The notes: generated by a model from the letters alone, not told the origin. Positions 28,769-39,287 are shown, numbered from the stretch's first letter. The stretch: 64,000 nucleotides of DNA from Gammaproteobacteria bacterium (GCA_028068195.1 JAPTTX010000086.1:5407-69406); one strand, 5' to 3'. Made by a program: numbers and translations.

Positions 28769-30199
28769 CTACCTTGAGTGTGTGGCGCGAAAGCGCACTT
28801 CGGGATAAGGGTGAAGCACTCTGGGGTTTGGCAGCCATGAGCCAACGCGAGCAAAGAAGCACTCCCATGACAGGCGTCGCTGACTGCGGCGTCGCATGAT
28901 GCGCCACCAGCAGTACAGCAGCCGGTAGCGCAGCGCCCACAGCCGCCGCAGATTGCGGGGAACCGCGTGGTAGTTATAGAACCCTTGCAGCACCCGGCAC
29001 AGCCAGCGGCCGACCTCATATGGCCGATCATGCATGCGGTGGCGGAGTTGCAGTTTGATCCCTGCGAGCTTGGCGTGCATCCGCTTCGCCGCAGTCACGC
29101 GCTTGAGCTGGAACCAGCCCTTGGTGCGTGTGACGCCGCAGATGTGCGTAAAGCCCAGAAATTCAAACGTCTCCGCCCGCCGCCGTCCCTGACGGCGACA
29201 CCACGCGTTGGCATAGCGTCCAAACGCAATCAGCCGCGTCTTATCGGGATGCAGCGACAGTCCATACCGAGTAACCCGTTCCCGGAGTTCCGCGAGAAAG
29301 CGTTCCGCTTCCTCGCGATGTTCAAACCCGAGAAACGTGTCGTCTGCGTAGCGGACCATCACCATATCCCCGCGAGCGGTGCGGCGTCGCCACCGCAAGA
29401 CCCACAGATCGAAGACGTAGTGCAGGTAGATGTTCGCCAGCAGGGGCGAGATGACGGCCCCCTGCGGCGTACCGACCTCCGGCTGAGTGAGTTGGCCACT
29501 TTCCATGACACCCGCGGTGAGCCACTTGCCGATCAGCCTCAAAAGACGCTGATCCCCGATGCGGTGGGCGAGAAAACGCCGCAGCCACCGCTGATCAATC
29601 GAGTCGAAGAATTTGCGGAAATCCGCGTCGACGACCCAGTTGATCTTACGCTTCTCGATACCGACGGCGACTGCATCGAGCGCATCGTGCTGACCCCGCC
29701 CCGGCCGGAAGCCGTAGGAGAAGCCAACAAAATCGCTTTCGTAGAGGGCATTGAGCACGGTGACTACCGCGTGCTGGACGATCTTGTCCTCCAGCGCCGC
29801 GATACCCAGAGGCCGTTGTGTGCCACCTGCTTTGGGGATGTAGGTCCGTCGGACAGGCTGGGCACGGTAGCCGCCGCGATGCACCGCGGCATGCAGTGCG
29901 CTCAGTCTGTCCTCCAGCTCCTGCTGGTACTCACGCCACCTCACCCCATCGACTCCGGGGGCTGCTGCGCGTTTGAGTGCGTAGAAGCTGTCCCGAAGTA
30001 GTTGTGGCGTGACGTGATGCAGAAGCGCCGTGAAGCGTGCTCGCTTATCCCTCCTTGCGGCTTCGCGCACGCGTAGCAGACCCGACGACGCGGCCGCCCG
30101 GCTCTGTGTCCGGACCGCGGCAGCCCGCCACGCGTTCCTCTTGGTCGACGGCCTTTCCTCCACGGTCTCCGCGGTATGACCCGCGTTCGACCGATTCAT
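28769..30199 (-). CDS. group II intron reverse transcriptase/maturase
   Basis: RFTALLHHVTPQLLRDSFYALKRAAAPGVDG, YIPKAGGTQRPLGIAALEDKIVQ, GTPQGAVISPLLANIYLH and the YADD motif (VMVRYADDTFLGF), followed by a maturase X domain. Start set at MNRSNAGH (30199). The longer ORF-track N-terminus overlaps ribozyme domain I. Confidence 0.9.
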   Translation of the reverse strand: MNRSNAGHTAETVEERPSTKRNAWRAAAVRTQSRAAASSGLLRVREAARRDKRARFTALLHHVTPQLLRDSFYALKRAAAPGVDGVRWREYQQELEDRLSALHAAVHRGGYRAQPVRRTYIPKAGGTQRPLGIAALEDKIVQHAVVTVLNALYESDFVGFSYGFRPGRGQHDALDAVAVGIEKRKINWVVDADFRKFFDSIDQRWLRRFLAHRIGDQRLLRLIGKWLTAGVMESGQLTQPEVGTPQGAVISPLLANIYLHYVFDLWVLRWRRRTARGDMVMVRYADDTFLGFEHREEAERFLAELRERVTRYGLSLHPDKTRLIAFGRYANAWCRRQGRRRAETFEFLGFTHICGVTRTKGWFQLKRVTAAKRMHAKLAGIKLQLRHRMHDRPYEVGRWLCRVLQGFYNYHAVPRNLRRLWALRYRLLYCWWRIMRRRSQRRLSWECFFARVGSWLPNPRVLHPYPEVRFRATHSR

Positions 30200-30599
30200 C
30201 GGTACTATGCCATCGTCCGACTTCCCACCCCGGGTCCCGTCAGGCTCATCGCCAGCGGCATTCCCTGACAGGTCCAGCCGATTACAGCTGGACTGCGGCG
30301 GGATCTCCCAGGTCTCGTGCATGAAGCTTCGATGCGCGCGCGGGGTCTCAGATCGCGCGGGATCGTGCGATGACTCGCGTCTGGCGCCATCGCCCGTGTT
30401 GCCTTCCGTATCCATTAAGACGTCGGCATCCCGGAACTGTCCGTTACACGACTCCATACCCGGCCCACATCTTCCCCTGTCAACGTTTCACGCCGGCACT
30501 TGCGCGCCGTCGCGCATGACTCGGGGCCAGACTGGTTCGCTACACCCTATCCGCATGAGGCTTGCGCTCACCGCTTCTATGCCGGTTAGCCTGGCGCAC

Positions 30600-30730
30600 A
30601 ATGGAATGGACTCCTGCTTGCGGCTGATGTTTGAGATCGCTGGGCCTCATGCCGATGCGGCCTGCTCCCATCAGTCTGGCACTTTGATGCCGTCCTGGCA
30701 GGGAGAAGCCCTTCCCATCAGTTCAGCTCC
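30600..30730 (+). pseudogene. continuation of the split transposase fragment (right boundary uncertain, truncated)
   Basis: Reads NGMDSCLRLMFEIAGPHADAACSH... in the same phase as 28500-28694 once the intron is removed. It then runs into the convergent metallophosphoesterase gene. Confidence 0.4.
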
Positions 30731-31852
30731 TCAGGCTGGCATGAGCCTTATAAGTGTAATCTCCGGGCTAGTGCCAAAGCGCACTGGTGGCCCCCACGTG
30801 CCGGTGCCGGCGCTTACGTAGACCCACATGGCACGCTCGCGCGAGAGTCCGGCCACATGCGGGGCATGCACGAGCCGTACAGCAAGAGTCCATGGAAAGA
30901 ACTGCCCGGCGTGGGTGTGACCGGATAACTGCAGATCGAACCCGGCCTGCGCCCCGAGCGGTGCGAACTTCGGGTTGTGGGCAAGGAGAAGGCGAAAATC
31001 GGCATTTGGCGCATCATCGAGCGAGATTTCCGGCCGCGCCAATCTATATGCCGGATCAACAACTCCGCCGACAACGACCGTCGCCATGCCCTTACGGAAC
31101 ACAATATGCTCGTTCAGCAGCACTCGCATACCCATATGCCGAAAGTGCGCGATCCACTCGGGCGCTCCTGAGTAGCAGTCGTGGTTACCGAGCACGAAGA
31201 AAGCCCTGTCGTTCTTGGCGAGTCCAGCGAGCGGCGCAACGTCCGGCCCAAGGCGTTCCACTGCACCATCGACCATGTCACCCGTGATGGCCACCAAGTC
31301 CGGTGCGAGGTCCTGGGTACGCTCGACGACGCGCTCGACATAGCTACGACGGATGTTGCGACCGACGTGCAGATCGGAGATCTGTACGATGCGAAAGTCC
31401 TTGAGATCCGGATGCAGCGCAGACACACGCACCACAACTTCCTTCACCCGTGGTCCGCGCAACGCCGTAAGCGCACCGACCACCAGAGCGCACAACGAGG
31501 CGACAAGCACTACCGGGATGCCCTGCTGCGCCACGGCTCTGTGCACTTCATCGAGCGATAGGAGGGCCGTGACGAGGAGTACCAGGTCTCGCGAGAACGT
31601 GCCGACGAGGATGAAGCTGACCCACGCCATTGAGAGGTAGCTCGCCTGATGAACGAGCCCGTCGATCCGGGTCTCCTTGCGGTCCCGCCGCTCGCCCCAG
31701 TAGATCACCGGGACGATCCAGACGAGCACAAAGGGAATCGCCAGTAAGCCGCTGCCCCACGGCCCCGAGGCAAGACGCGCTGCAACATAAACGTATGCAC
31801 CGGCGAGGAGCACAGTGACAGCGATAACGAAGGGCTGAAGAAGGCGGGTCAT
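30731..31852 (-). CDS. membrane-anchored metallophosphoesterase (YaeI-like calcineurin-family)
   Basis: N-terminal TM helices, then VQISDLHVG, AITGDMVDG, VLGNHD, GHTHAGQ and the C-terminal GTWGPPVRFGTSPEITLIRL. Confidence 0.85.
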   Translation of the reverse strand: MTRLLQPFVIAVTVLLAGAYVYVAARLASGPWGSGLLAIPFVLVWIVPVIYWGERRDRKETRIDGLVHQASYLSMAWVSFILVGTFSRDLVLLVTALLSLDEVHRAVAQQGIPVVLVASLCALVVGALTALRGPRVKEVVVRVSALHPDLKDFRIVQISDLHVGRNIRRSYVERVVERTQDLAPDLVAITGDMVDGAVERLGPDVAPLAGLAKNDRAFFVLGNHDCYSGAPEWIAHFRHMGMRVLLNEHIVFRKGMATVVVGGVVDPAYRLARPEISLDDAPNADFRLLLAHNPKFAPLGAQAGFDLQLSGHTHAGQFFPWTLAVRLVHAPHVAGLSRERAMWVYVSAGTGTWGPPVRFGTSPEITLIRLMPA

Positions 31853-32400
31853 TGGGTAGCCTTCAGATGAAAGTCAGCACGGGTCGTCCTAACCGTCTTG
31901 CACACACCCATGCTAGAGCATCAATATTCGCGCACTACAGCACATCGGATGATTGTTCATAATAGGCGTTGGACGGCCTTTCCGTCAGTATATCCGGCCT
32001 GGTTGGGCAGTTGAATGAAAAGCCCTTGTTTTACACATACCATCTCAGCCCAACTCGGGAAGCGCACGGGCTACCTCTGCCGCAAGCCAAAACCAAACCG
32101 GTGAAGTCACGATATGAAGCCGCCTGTCGGAAAATAGCTCGCATTCGCCAAGGCAAATAGCAGAAACTCATACACGGTCGAGGCGAAATGCATCGAAGCG
32201 ATCCTTTTGCTCCTGCAACGTCTCTTCCACATGCACGAAGATACTTACGCTCTGCGTGGCCATGGCAAGACTTCGATCGCGCTACTCGTTATGATAAACG
32301 ACAAGGGAATTCGCCGCTCACGCCTCGCTGCGGGAGAGGGGCGACCGCGCGAAATGGATTCGGCGTCCGCTTAGGAATCCGACGAAGGAATGCAGGGGAG

Positions 32401-33243
32401 ATGCCGATGATCTCTTATGTGCACAATGTCGCGACCACGACGGTCGAGGTGCCGACGGTGACAGTGAAGAATCCGGCGCAGAGCGAGCCAGCACCGCCTG
32501 ATCGCTACCGTATTTCGCTCTACAAGCCCAACTACATCATACCGTTCTACTACACGGCGACACCCGACCAGGGAGTGTACGCCGGGCAGACGCCGGAAGG
32601 CCAGAGTCTCAAGCAAATCGAGTTCAAGTTCCAGTTCAGTGTGCGCGTCCCGGTGTTGAGCAACATCGGTGGAATGCCCGTGACACTCTACGGCGCATAC
32701 ACGCAGCTTTCCTACTGGCAGTCCTACGTGCGCTCGCCGTTTTTCCGCGAATCCGACTACGAACCAGCGATCTTCTTCCAGTACGCCTTGGGTCACCCCC
32801 TGCCTTGGGGGTGGCAGTGGCAATCCGCGGATGTCGGCGCCGTACACCAGTCCAATGGGCGCGGCGGGAATTTGGAGCGCTCTTGGAACCGCATCTACGT
32901 GGGTAGCACATTAGCGCACAATGCCTGGACCGTACGGGTGCGGGCCTGGTACCCGATCCGCGACCAAAGCCTCATGGAACACAACCCGGATATCGCGCAC
33001 TATCTGGGCTACGGGGAATTCGTCGTAAGCTACCACCGCGGCCGGCAGACCTTCTCGCTTCTCTCGCGCAACACGGTGATAAGCGGTTTCTCACGCGGTG
33101 GCACACAGTTAAGCTGGAGTTTCCCTCTGGTGCAGGAGCTGCACGGCTACGTGCAATTCTATTCCGGGTATGGCCAGAGCCTCATTGAGTACAATCATCG
33201 TACCGAGGCCCTGGGCATCGGCATCAGTCTCAACGACTATTGA
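32401..33243 (+). CDS. pldA: outer-membrane phospholipase A (OMPLA); no signal peptide recognisable
   Basis: YKPNYIIPFYYT, SYWQ, FRESDYEPAIFFQY, the catalytic HQSNGRGGNLERSWNR and NPDIAHYLGYGEF, collinear with E. coli PldA. Start provisional (ATG 32401 after GGGGAG). Confidence 0.75.
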   Translation: MPMISYVHNVATTTVEVPTVTVKNPAQSEPAPPDRYRISLYKPNYIIPFYYTATPDQGVYAGQTPEGQSLKQIEFKFQFSVRVPVLSNIGGMPVTLYGAYTQLSYWQSYVRSPFFRESDYEPAIFFQYALGHPLPWGWQWQSADVGAVHQSNGRGGNLERSWNRIYVGSTLAHNAWTVRVRAWYPIRDQSLMEHNPDIAHYLGYGEFVVSYHRGRQTFSLLSRNTVISGFSRGGTQLSWSFPLVQELHGYVQFYSGYGQSLIEYNHRTEALGIGISLNDY

Positions 33244-33440
33244 GCGCCACCCCCCGCCAAGGCGATGGGAGCGAACACGGCGCAAAGTCGCGCAGGGAAG
33301 GAATTGCCTCGCAATCGGGCCTCGAAACAGGCATCGCTGAACACGTTGAGAGGGGTTCGGCGGGATTCTTCTCCGGTGGACCGGGGCGCAACCATGTTCA
33401 TCCAACGGTCCGTAGCAACAAATGCCCGATCAAGCAGCAG

Positions 33441-34265
33441 TCAGAACGATGCTGCCACGCCGGCGTGCAAGATGAACTCCCTGGTCGCACTGTCCGGCTC
33501 CAGCATCTCGTAGCCGCCGCCAATCGGGACCGGAGCCGACGCGCCGTAACCGAATTGCTCCCAACGCGCGCCGATGCGCAGATGCAGGATATCAGTCAGC
33601 GCATAGTCGGCATCAAGCCCGAGCGCATATCGGACATGGTCGCCCAACCCAAAGCTCTCGTCCGGCACCCCATAGTTCACAAGCCCCGATGTCGCCATGC
33701 TGCCGCTGAATGTGGTGGCAATGGAGCCTGAGAGCGACAATACCAACGGCTGGGTGGCTCCAGCCCATCTTGGCGCGAAAAGTTCCTTTACGCCGGCCCC
33801 GATCCAATCGTTTCGGTAGGTTTCCGTGTAGGGCTCTGGACCGCCCAGGTTGCGCTTCCACGTCCTGATTCCTGCCTCCAGGTATGGTAAAACCGTCATG
33901 TCTGTTGCCACATCAAACGCCTGCCCGAGACGGCCTTCAAACTCCAGAATGCGGTTCCCGGTCAGTCCGTTGGCTGGCGTGCCATTTTGTAGTGCCCCCA
34001 CGTAGGTGTCGTTCCCGCTGAAATAGCGCAGCCCCAGCTGTCCGTATGCCCCGCGGCGGTTGGTCGCCCGTAGTGTCACGCCAATGCCGGGGATTGTCCC
34101 GGACTCGCTGTCGAGCGTGGCAACACCTTCGGTCTCCGAATAGTTCTGCTTGAGAGACAGATATGAAAATGATGCCTCATTTAGAGATGATACGATATTC
34201 GCGTGCGTGACCACCGGCATCAGCGCGCTGATAGTTAGCACGACGGAAAACGTGCTCTTGTTCAC
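33441..34265 (-). CDS. outer-membrane beta-barrel protein (MipA/OmpV-like size class)
   Basis: Signal peptide MNKSTFSVVLTISALMPVVTHA, alternating beta-strand pattern and a C-terminal aromatic residue (..GVAASF). Confidence 0.65.
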   Translation of the reverse strand: MNKSTFSVVLTISALMPVVTHANIVSSLNEASFSYLSLKQNYSETEGVATLDSESGTIPGIGVTLRATNRRGAYGQLGLRYFSGNDTYVGALQNGTPANGLTGNRILEFEGRLGQAFDVATDMTVLPYLEAGIRTWKRNLGGPEPYTETYRNDWIGAGVKELFAPRWAGATQPLVLSLSGSIATTFSGSMATSGLVNYGVPDESFGLGDHVRYALGLDADYALTDILHLRIGARWEQFGYGASAPVPIGGGYEMLEPDSATREFILHAGVAASF

Positions 34266-34411
34266 GCTCGGCTCCTTTGCCTCAGGTCAAAAGGAAGAGT
34301 TGTCCCCGGGATCTTTATAATAGAAGTCTACGTTCCTTACTTCTGCAACTGTTGATATGGTAGTGTTTTACGATCCATGCCAGACGCGCAGTGCGAGTCT
34401 TTTTCCTGACG

Positions 34412-34813
34412 CTAGATTCGGCAGTCGACCGCCCCCGTCAAACCCAATTTTCGAGCGCCAACTCGCCTGGCGGGCCAATCGTGGCATGCAGGAATCAGGC
34501 AAAGGCCCGCCTGGGGATCGCGCAGAGGCAGTCCGCGGTGGTGTTTGCCGCGATTGGCCAGCCGCACGAAGACGAATCGCGCGATGAGCTGGCAGCGCCC
34601 GGGGTCCTGGATGGTGAAGCCACCGCAGTCCCACTGGTTCTTCAGTTCATCGAAATTGTTCTCGCAGTCGGCGCGATCGCGGTAGAACTGGGCCAGCGTG
34701 GGAAGCCGGTGCGACGTGGGGATCACGGGCACGGCATGCTCGCGGCGCAGCGTCGGCACATCGGCTTCGATGAAGGCCAGTTCGTCCTGGGGGTTTTTCG
34801 AGCTTCTGGCCAC
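34412..34813 (-). pseudogene. C-terminal remnant of a DDE transposase (IS4/IS1380-like class)
   Basis: YRDRADCENNFDELKNQWDCGGFTIQD..RCQLIARFVFVRLAN is a signature I recall from this transposase class. The N-terminal two-thirds is missing and the frame decays after it. Confidence 0.6.
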
Positions 34814-35480
34814 TCTAAAGTGCCAGCCTTCGCTCGACGCACATTGCCGTTATCAGGTTGACGGTGCTCGATTGCGCATTCCGATCCTTTCCTGCCAGTG
34901 ATTCTGGAGCAAATTGCCGCCCTTTCCGGACCAATTCCGCCCCTGGTAGCGAGCCCGGTCGGAACCTGTCGACGTGGCTGAACAAGTCGTAATCGTGTCC
35001 CTTTTCGACCTGGAAAGCGGGGAGGGAAGGAATACCTGGCCCGCTATCATGCCGAACGTAATCACCGGGGTATGGGAAACCGGTTATTGTTGCCCTCTTC
35101 CGATTCGCGGCCTTGTTCGTCGGCGCGAACGCCACAGCGGGATGCTGAGTAACTACAACCGTGAAGGGGGATGGGTGTTGGCGACTCGATACATGGACAA
35201 CACACTCCACGGGCCGTTTGCACGCAGCGCGCATCCGGATTTTTCCCGTACACACACAGCACCAGCACCCAATCCGGCCGGCGAGGTAAAACCCCACAAT
35301 TCCACGCACCTTCTTGGCGTTTCATGGATAAACTGCCCGGGGCACTAGAATTCTTTAAGCCACAATGGAACAATCGCCGGCCGTGCACCCACCAACCAAA
35401 CGTGGGTGTCGACTATTTCGGGTCGAGCAGATGATCAACAAGTCTCTGCCTACGGGACGAACCTAACCGCAAGGAAAACA

Positions 35481-37325
35481 ATGGGTACGATGTCGACTGT
35501 CTTGTCCTGGCTCGGGCGTCTGTTGCAGTGGGTGCGCCGGGCACTGCTCAACCTGCTGACCCTGGTCCTGCTGGTGGCGATCGGATTCGGCGTGTTCCAG
35601 ATGCTGTACCGCCCGGGAGTACCTTCCACGGCGGTGCTGGTAGTCGCTCCACACGGGCATCTGGTGTACAGCCCGCGCGAAAGCCCCTGGCAGCGCTCAT
35701 TGGACAAAATGCTCGGCCGTCCGGCCCCGGATGTGCTGGTCCGCCACCTGACGACCGCCATCGACCGGGCTGCCAGCGATCCCCGCATCAAGCTAATGGC
35801 TTTGGACCTGCAGGACTTCCAAGGCGGCAGCATCACCCAGCTTCAGACCGTGGCCCGGGCCCTGGAACGCTTTCGCAAGGCAGGCAAGTCCATCTACGCC
35901 TATGCCTCGAGCTATTCCCAGAGCGATTATTTGCTCGCAGCCCAAGCCAACCATATCTATATGAGTTCCCTGGGTGCGGTGCTGATCATCGGATACGCCA
36001 ACTATCAGCCCTATTTCAGGGACCTGCTCCACCGCCTCGGGGTAAAGGTGTATGTGTTCCGCAAGGGCAAGTACAAGTCGGCGGTGGAACCGTTCATCCG
36101 GACCGACATGTCTCCTGCCGCCAAGGAGGAGACCGAGACCTGGTTGAAAACGTGGTGGTCGAACTATAAGGAAAGCGTCGCCACCGGCCGGGGTCTGACG
36201 ACAGCACAGATCCAGGCCTACGCCCAGGACCTGCCCCGGCTCATTACCGCAGCCAAGGGCGATACCGCCCGCCTCGCCTTGCGCTGGGGGCTGGTATCCG
36301 AATTAGGTGATCCACACGCCTTCACCATCGCCATCTCCAAAGCGTTGGGACACGCCAATGGCGATGTACCGCAGATCGGTTACCGCCGGTACCTGGCCGC
36401 CACCCGCAGCGGCTATCGGAGCGGTCCGGCCGTCGCGGTGGTACCGATCGACGGCATGCTGGTCTCTGGCAGGACATCGGTGCCCGGTGTAGTGGCCGCC
36501 CGATCCACCGTGGACCAGCTCGACCGGCTGGCGCACGACAATTCGATCCGTGCAGTAGTGCTTCAGGTCGACAGTCCCGGCGGCAGCGTCGACGCGGCCG
36601 AAGATATCCGCCAAGCCGTGCTGCGGCTGCGCAAGGCGGGCAAGCCGGTGGTGGTGTCCATGGGCACCCTGGGCGCATCTGGGGCGTACTGGTTGTCCAC
36701 CGCCGCCCAGGCGATCTACGCTCAGCCCACCACCATCACCGCCGACATCGGTGTATTCGCCCTGTTCCCAAATTTCACGAACACTCTCCACAAGATCGGT
36801 ATCGACGTTTCCGGCGTCGCCAACACGCCCACGGCCGGCGCCCTGTCGCCCTTGATGCCCCTCAAGCCGGATATCGCCAAGGCCATGCAAGCGTCAGTCG
36901 GCCATCTGTATTCGCGCTTCGTAGATCTCGTGGCCAAGTCGCGAGGGCTAACTCCCGCCCAGGTCGACTACATCGCCCAGGGGCGGGCTTGGAGCGGGAA
37001 GGAAGCGCTACGGCTCAAGCTGGTCAACAAACTGGGCGGAATCCAGCAAGCGATCAAGGCAGCGGCACAATTCGCAGGACTGCTGGCTGGCCAGTATCAC
37101 GTTCGCTACCTGCCCCGGGCCGGGCAGCCGGGCATGTTGAGCGCACTCGAGCCCTCCGCGGGATTCGGGCCGCTGGGGGCAGATAGCGGTCCGCTCGCCT
37201 CGGTCCGGGCCGCTGCCCAGGTGCTGGGTGTGCATGACCGCGAAGTGCGAAACCTCGCCCTGCTGCTGCGCTGCGCCCATCCCTATGGCCTGTTCGCCTA
37301 CAGCCCCATTGCGCCGCCGCAATGA
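35481..37325 (+). CDS. sppA: signal peptide peptidase SppA, 67K (tandem-domain) type
   Basis: N-terminal TM (LLNLLTLVLLVAIGFGVF) and two ClpP/crotonase-like halves (IKLMALDLQDFQGG; IRAVVLQVDSPGGSVDA...MGTLGASGAYW). Confidence 0.88.
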   Translation: MGTMSTVLSWLGRLLQWVRRALLNLLTLVLLVAIGFGVFQMLYRPGVPSTAVLVVAPHGHLVYSPRESPWQRSLDKMLGRPAPDVLVRHLTTAIDRAASDPRIKLMALDLQDFQGGSITQLQTVARALERFRKAGKSIYAYASSYSQSDYLLAAQANHIYMSSLGAVLIIGYANYQPYFRDLLHRLGVKVYVFRKGKYKSAVEPFIRTDMSPAAKEETETWLKTWWSNYKESVATGRGLTTAQIQAYAQDLPRLITAAKGDTARLALRWGLVSELGDPHAFTIAISKALGHANGDVPQIGYRRYLAATRSGYRSGPAVAVVPIDGMLVSGRTSVPGVVAARSTVDQLDRLAHDNSIRAVVLQVDSPGGSVDAAEDIRQAVLRLRKAGKPVVVSMGTLGASGAYWLSTAAQAIYAQPTTITADIGVFALFPNFTNTLHKIGIDVSGVANTPTAGALSPLMPLKPDIAKAMQASVGHLYSRFVDLVAKSRGLTPAQVDYIAQGRAWSGKEALRLKLVNKLGGIQQAIKAAAQFAGLLAGQYHVRYLPRAGQPGMLSALEPSAGFGPLGADSGPLASVRAAAQVLGVHDREVRNLALLLRCAHPYGLFAYSPIAPPQ

Positions 37326-38108
37326 GCACGGTAACCCTGGCTTTCCGAAAACTTGCCGTGCCATTAATCGGGCACTTATGCCCTTAACGACAAGACCACT
37401 ACCCCTAGAGGTCGGCACCGATACGCCAAAAAAACCGAAGCAGATCAGCCGTGCTGTGATCACGCCACAGTGGCGACCACCAGACGCGTCAAAGGGGGCA
37501 GGACAGATGATCGAATTTTTGCGCAAAACAGCGATACCCGGAGACGCTCACACAGCTGTTCCGCAAAGGCCTTCTTATCCATCCTGAATCTCCTCTCTCA
37601 TGCTGCGCGAGAGCCGCTGGAGCTCGTCACGCGTGAGGTATCATTGCTCATTCCTGGCATTGACTTAAACGAGGTAACATTGCTTCGGTCTTGCCCGGCA
37701 GCAGCAAATCAACCGCGCCCCGCCACGCTTGCCGCGGCCCGGGATGCGTACACGCTGGGACCGTGGAAGACCTGCGGCCGGAGCCTGATGGCAGATTGCT
37801 CAAGTTTGCCTTATCGGCAGATTTTATCCGGGCGATGAACGTCGGAATTTGCAAGCTCTGCGGAAACGCAAAAGAATCGGTCCGCACGCACATCATTCCA
37901 ATTTTCCTTTATCCGGAGGACGTTAAGCGGAACCGGATGGATTTCGTTTACGACGAGAATGGAAAATTGCCTCGGTCCAAGCTCTCCAGCGGCTAGGATA
38001 CGCCCGTGTTAGGTGGGCGCCTCCTCCACCGTGCGCAGCGTCGTATCGTCACCCCAGACCAACGCCCGGTCGTCGGGGTGGATATAGGTCAGCCGCCGCA
38101 CGGCGCCG

Positions 38109-39287
38109 TCAACCGCGCGCTGCCGCGCGCTGCCCCGACCGCGGCCGGCGCGGCGCCTTCGGCTTGCGCACCAGGCTCTGCCTGATGCTCAGGGCCCGGG
38201 CGCGCGCCTCATCGAGCGTGTCGCCGAGGCAGGTGTAGTGCCCCATCTTGCGCCCGGGGCGCGCCGTGCGCTTGCCGTACAGATGGAGCTTGGCGCGCGG
38301 TTCGCGCAGGATCGCCTCCCAGCGCGGTGCGCCCCGGGTCCAGAGGTCGCCGAGCAGATTGGTCATCGCTGCGGGGCACAAGAGCGCGGGGTCGCCGAGC
38401 GGCAGTCCACAGAGCGCGCGCACCTGCTGCTCGAACTGGGAGGTAACGCAGGCATCGAGGGTGACGTGACCGCTGTTGTGCGGGCGCGGCGCGATCTCAT
38501 TGACGAGCAACTTCCCGTTCGACACGAAAAACTCGACTGCCAGCACGCCGACGTAGTCGAGCGCGCTGGAGATGCGCACGGCCGCGTCCACGGCAACGCG
38601 CGTTACGGCCCGCGGCGCGCGTGCCGGGATTAGGCTGGCTTCGAGAATCCCATGCCGGTGGCGGTTTTCGATCGCGGGATAGATGACGGTGGCACCGTCC
38701 GCGCCACGCGCCAGAACGACCGATATCTCCGTCTGCAGAACGCACAGCTTTTCCAGCACGCAAGGCTGGCCGCCGAAACTCTCGAAGGCGGCGAGCGCGT
38801 CGGCAAAGCGATGCACCCGCGCCTGGCCCTTGCCGTCGTAACCTAAGCGGGCACGCTTGAGCACAGCGGAGCCACCGAGGCGTGTGAGCGCGCCGGAAAG
38901 TTCGCCACGGTCGTGCACAACCGCGAACGGCACGCCCGCAAGACCGCACTCCGCGAGAAAGCGCTTCTCGCGGACGCGGTCCTGGGCGATGGCAACGGCA
39001 GCGGCGCCCGGGCGCACCGGTCGGGTGCGCGCGAGACGTTCGAGGCTCTCCGCCGGCACGTTCTCGAACTCGACAGTCACGGCGGCGCACAGGCGCGCGA
39101 GCTTATCGAGTGCCTGCCGATCTACATAATCAGCCGCGAGATGGACATCGGCCAAGCGTCCGGCCGGGCTGTCCGGATCCGGATCCAGTACGACGACACG
39201 ATAGCCCATGCGCTGGGCGGTGATCGCGAACATGCGCCCGAGTTGGCCGCCGCCGACCACGCCGAGGGTGGCGCCGGGCAGGATCAT
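38109..39287 (-). CDS. purK: 5-(carboxyamino)imidazole ribonucleotide synthase
   Basis: [20 protein letters not shown] followed by an ATP-grasp core. ATGA overlap with purE. Confidence 0.93.
   Translation of the reverse strand: MILPGATLGVVGGGQLGRMFAITAQRMGYRVVVLDPDPDSPAGRLADVHLAADYVDRQALDKLARLCAAVTVEFENVPAESLERLARTRPVRPGAAAVAIAQDRVREKRFLAECGLAGVPFAVVHDRGELSGALTRLGGSAVLKRARLGYDGKGQARVHRFADALAAFESFGGQPCVLEKLCVLQTEISVVLARGADGATVIYPAIENRHRHGILEASLIPARAPRAVTRVAVDAAVRISSALDYVGVLAVEFFVSNGKLLVNEIAPRPHNSGHVTLDACVTSQFEQQVRALCGLPLGDPALLCPAAMTNLLGDLWTRGAPRWEAILREPRAKLHLYGKRTARPGRKMGHYTCLGDTLDEARARALSIRQSLVRKPKAPRRPRSGQRAAARG

Larger units (their letters stand above)
28695..30599 (-). mobile_element. complete bacterial group II intron (about 1905 nt) with intron-encoded RT/maturase
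   Basis: The 5' end is GUGCGCC (30599 downward). Domain V lies at 28735-28768 and a domain VI hairpin with GCGA tetraloop ends ...CCCCUACCGCAAC at 28695. The candidate EBS1 AAUGGA (30411-30416) pairs with the last 6 nt of the 5' exon, UCCAUU (30600-30605). The flanks join into one open reading frame on the opposite strand. Confidence 0.85.

Noticed and set aside
28967-30001. 344-aa plus-strand ORF
   Set aside because: It is antisense to the group II intron RT/maturase.
30200-30457. N-terminal 86 codons of the ORF-track version of the intron RT (start 30457)
   Set aside because: This stretch overlaps ribozyme domain I, including the candidate EBS1. Homologous IEPs as I recall them begin at the equivalent of MNRSNAGH.
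30779-30784. GTGCGC (minus strand) as a possible group II intron 5' end
   Set aside because: It lies inside the conserved C-terminus of the metallophosphoesterase (..GPPVRFGTSPEITLIRL) and encodes Val-Arg there. The GUGCG at 30599 is instead supported by the EBS1/IBS1 pairing and the in-phase exon junction.
32150-32250. 31-codon minus-strand ORF (MATQSVSIFVHVEETLQEQKDRFDAFRLDRV) resembling the start of a ribbon-helix-helix antitoxin
   Set aside because: It is too short, has no partner toxin ORF, and the similarity is only impressionistic.
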